28,385 nt of DNA, from the UHGV virus genome UHGV-0037349; one strand, given 5' to 3'. The stretch comes from a virus. This document shows positions 26,289 through 28,385 of this stretch, in pieces. Below the pieces are notes generated by a model. It searched no databases. It had not been told where the DNA came from and was given only the letters and a program-made list of their open reading frames with translations. Position numbers and translations under genes: made by a program. How positions within the stretch are numbered: position 1 is the stretch's first letter; each line of letters opens with the position of its first letter.

Positions 26289-27320
26289 ATGGCAGTACGA
26301 AAACTCACCACAGGGAAATGGCTTTGCGAATGTTACCCCGCCGGAAGAAGTGGGCGTCGTGTGCGTAAACAATTCGCCACCAAAGGCGAAGCTCTGGCTT
26401 TTGAGCGTCACACGATGGAAGAAACCGAATCAAAGCCCTGGCTGGGCGAATCAGTGGATCGTCGAACCCTGAAAGACGTGGTTGAGCTATGGTTCAAATT
26501 ACATGGTAAATCTCTGACTGCTGGGCAGCATGTCTATGACAAATTGCTGCTGATGGTTGACGCTCTAGGCAATCCTCTTGCAACCAATCTCACCTCTAAA
26601 ATGTTTGCCCACTATCGAGATAAACGCCTGACAGGTGAGATCTACTTCAGCGAGAAATGGAAGAAAGGAGCCAGCCCGGTCACCATTAACCTGGAGCAAA
26701 GCTATCTAAGTAGTGTTTTTAGCGAACTATCCCGCCAGGGCGAATGGTCGTATCCAAACCCACTGGAGAACATGCGAAAATTCACCATCGCAGAAAAAGA
26801 GATGGCATGGCTTACCCATGAGCAGATTGTTGAATTGCTGGCTGATTGCAAACGTCAGGACCCAATTCTGGCACTGGTAGTTAAGATATGCTTAAGCACA
26901 GGCGCACGTTGGCGTGAAGCCGTAAATCTTACCCGCTCACAGGTGACCAAATACCGAATTACCTTTGTAAGAACGAAGGGGAAGAAAAACAGAAGCATCC
27001 CTATCAGTAAAGAGCTTTACGAAGAGATCATGGCGCTTGATGGGTTCAATTTCTTTACAGACTGCTATTTTCAATTTTTATCCGTGATGGAAAAAACGTC
27101 TATCGTGCTCCCTCGCGGTCAACTGACACACGTTCTGCGCCATACGTTTGCGGCGCACTTCATGATGTCGGGTGGAAATATCCTGGCCTTACAAAAAATT
27201 CTCGGGCATCACGATATAAAAATGACTATGCGTTACGCACATCTGGCACCGGATCACCTGGAAACTGCATTACGGTTTAATCCGCTGGCAACACTACCAA
27301 CATCAATAGCAAGTTTTTGA
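26289..27320 (+). CDS. int: Tyrosine integrase (P2/186 Int-like)
   Basis: Start taken at internal ATG 26289 (MAVRKLTTGKWLCECYPAGR...), matching the recalled P2-family Int N-terminus. C-terminal catalytic region HVLRHTFAAHFMMSGGNILALQKILGHHDIKMTMRYAHL contains the R-H-R-Y hallmark residues. Confidence 0.9.
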   Translation: MAVRKLTTGKWLCECYPAGRSGRRVRKQFATKGEALAFERHTMEETESKPWLGESVDRRTLKDVVELWFKLHGKSLTAGQHVYDKLLLMVDALGNPLATNLTSKMFAHYRDKRLTGEIYFSEKWKKGASPVTINLEQSYLSSVFSELSRQGEWSYPNPLENMRKFTIAEKEMAWLTHEQIVELLADCKRQDPILALVVKICLSTGARWREAVNLTRSQVTKYRITFVRTKGKKNRSIPISKELYEEIMALDGFNFFTDCYFQFLSVMEKTSIVLPRGQLTHVLRHTFAAHFMMSGGNILALQKILGHHDIKMTMRYAHLAPDHLETALRFNPLATLPTSIASF

Positions 27321-27378
27321 AAATGCGTATTTTGCCCTGTTGAGCTAATATTCTTTTTTTTCACATGGAGCACTATCA

Positions 27379-27648
27379 ATGAATAAGTTTCAGCATCAGG
27401 GAGCGGAATTGCGCAACAGAGCCAAAGAATTGGCTTTATCCGTACTTAAAACTCACCCAGATGCCCAAAAAAACGGCAACGGCGTTAAGCAAGCTGAGGT
27501 ATTTCGTCTAAGCGGCCTCGATTGGGGAGAAAAACGGAAAGCAACAAGTTCGAACCAACAATATTGGGTTGTTGCACTATTGCGTGAACTAGAAGAGGAG
27601 GGGTTAGTCGAACAGATTGAAGATAGAGGCCCCTGGCGTTTAAGGTAA
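27379..27648 (+). CDS. Hypothetical protein between integrase and host junction
   Basis: 89-aa ORF with GGAG RBS; unknown function. Unclear whether it is phage- or host-derived. Confidence 0.4.
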   Translation: MNKFQHQGAELRNRAKELALSVLKTHPDAQKNGNGVKQAEVFRLSGLDWGEKRKATSSNQQYWVVALLRELEEEGLVEQIEDRGPWRLR

Positions 27649-27715
27649 AACAAGTGGCGACAAAGTGGCGGCAGCGGTTGGCATTACCCCGTAATAACCA
27701 CCACTGACCACCAAC

Positions 27716-27749
27716 CTAACTTATTGTTTTTAATCTAACTTATTGTTTT
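27716..27749. repeat. Tandem direct repeat (2 x 15 bp CTAACTTATTGTTTT) in the att-proximal region
   Basis: CTAACTTATTGTTTT at 27716-27730 and again at 27735-27749, immediately before a terminator hairpin and ~400 bp past the integrase gene. Confidence 0.5.
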
Positions 27750-27753
27750 CATT

Positions 27754-27780
27754 AACCCATTTACATAAATGGGTTTTTTG
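27754..27780 (+). terminator. Rho-independent terminator
   Basis: AACCCATTT-acat-AAATGGGTT hairpin followed by TTTTTTG on the plus strand. Confidence 0.5.
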
Positions 27781-27798
27781 TTATCTAAAACTTATCTA

Positions 27799-28335
27799 CT
27801 ACCCTGCAACCCTCTCAACCATCCTCAAAATCTCCTCGCGCGATAGCGGCTTACGGTCGGTGACAAAATGCAGCGTCATCCCCTCAATAAACGCATCAAG
27901 CGCGCGGGCGGTTCCGGGTTCAAACCATTGTTCGAGCGTTTGCTGACTGCGCTGCATCCAGTTTTGCATTACCGTTTTTAATAGCGGTTTTCGGCTAGCC
28001 AGCGCGTAGAGCTGGTACATCAGCTCCATGTTATCCGGCGTTGCAACCTGTGAGCTGTAGATCATATCGGTGATAGCCTGGCATGCGCCCGGAGCATCAC
28101 TAACATCGCTAAAAAATGCCTGATATTGCCGGGACATGATCTCAGTAAAACTGCTGAACGCCTCCAGTAACAACTCATCAATTCCTGAAAAATAGTAGGT
28201 CATCGATCCCAACGGTACCCCGGCAAGGGTAGCAATTTTGCGGTGCGTAACAGCATGTATTCCGTAAAGTTTCACCGCCTCCAGCGTGGCCTGGATAATT
28301 TTTTCTCGCCGTTGCGGATCGTTAGCGCGACGCAT
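27799..28335 (-). CDS. TetR-family transcriptional regulator (probable host gene; possibly RcdA/YbjK-like)
   Basis: ORF track gives 27799..28365; start taken at ATG 28335 ([35 protein letters not shown]...), preceded by GAGAGAGG. N-terminal TetR-type HTH. Resembles my memory of E. coli RcdA (178 aa), but this is unverified. Confidence 0.75.
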
Positions 28336-28355
28336 GTCATTTCCTCTCTCTGCAA

Positions 28356-28375
28356 TTGTGTACAAATGTACACAA
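28356..28375. promoter_or_regulatory. Palindromic operator-like site upstream of the TetR-family gene
   Basis: TTGTGTACA-aa-TGTACACAA, a perfect 9-bp inverted repeat ~20 bp upstream of the TetR gene start; typical of an autoregulatory TetR-family operator. Confidence 0.45.
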
Positions 28376-28385
28376 CCTTGCTAAT

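Noticed and set aside
1-28385. Looked for CRISPR arrays, IS elements with terminal inverted repeats, and tRNA genes (especially near the att region)
   Set aside because: No regularly spaced direct repeats with unique spacers, no transposase-like ORF, and no tRNA-like sequence (no conserved T-loop GTTCGAATCC-type motif) were seen.

Overview
This window is most of a P2/186-family (Peduovirus-like) prophage of an enterobacterium, read from the tail-fibre end to the integrase and the host junction. Every protein assignment rests on reading the supplied translations and on recalled family motifs; no database search was run. The conserved backbone runs: tail fibre assembly (G) and tail fibre (H), baseplate genes I, J, W, V, tail completion S and R, a lysis cassette (spanins, LysA-like, endolysin, holin), X, L, M, N, O on the minus strand, then terminase P and portal Q on the plus strand, a cos-like sequence near 18.04 kb, an SOS-regulated DinI-like module, replication gene A, a Dam methylase, small early genes, CII-like and Apl/Cox-like regulators, a CI-type repressor, the integrase, and finally a host TetR-family gene. 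Four AT-rich cargo insertions interrupt this backbone. The most interesting is at 15.57-17.97 kb, between the portal gene and cos: a retron-type reverse transcriptase preceded by a 17-bp perfect hairpin (candidate msd) and two co-oriented, overlapping genes of unknown function. I could not place this gene arrangement in any retron type I recall. The other three are a 393-aa protein inserted between V and S with a C-terminal Rx4H (HEPN-like) motif, a GT9 glycosyltransferase-like gene beside the tail fibre assembly gene, and a single-pass membrane protein between cos and the DinI-like module.
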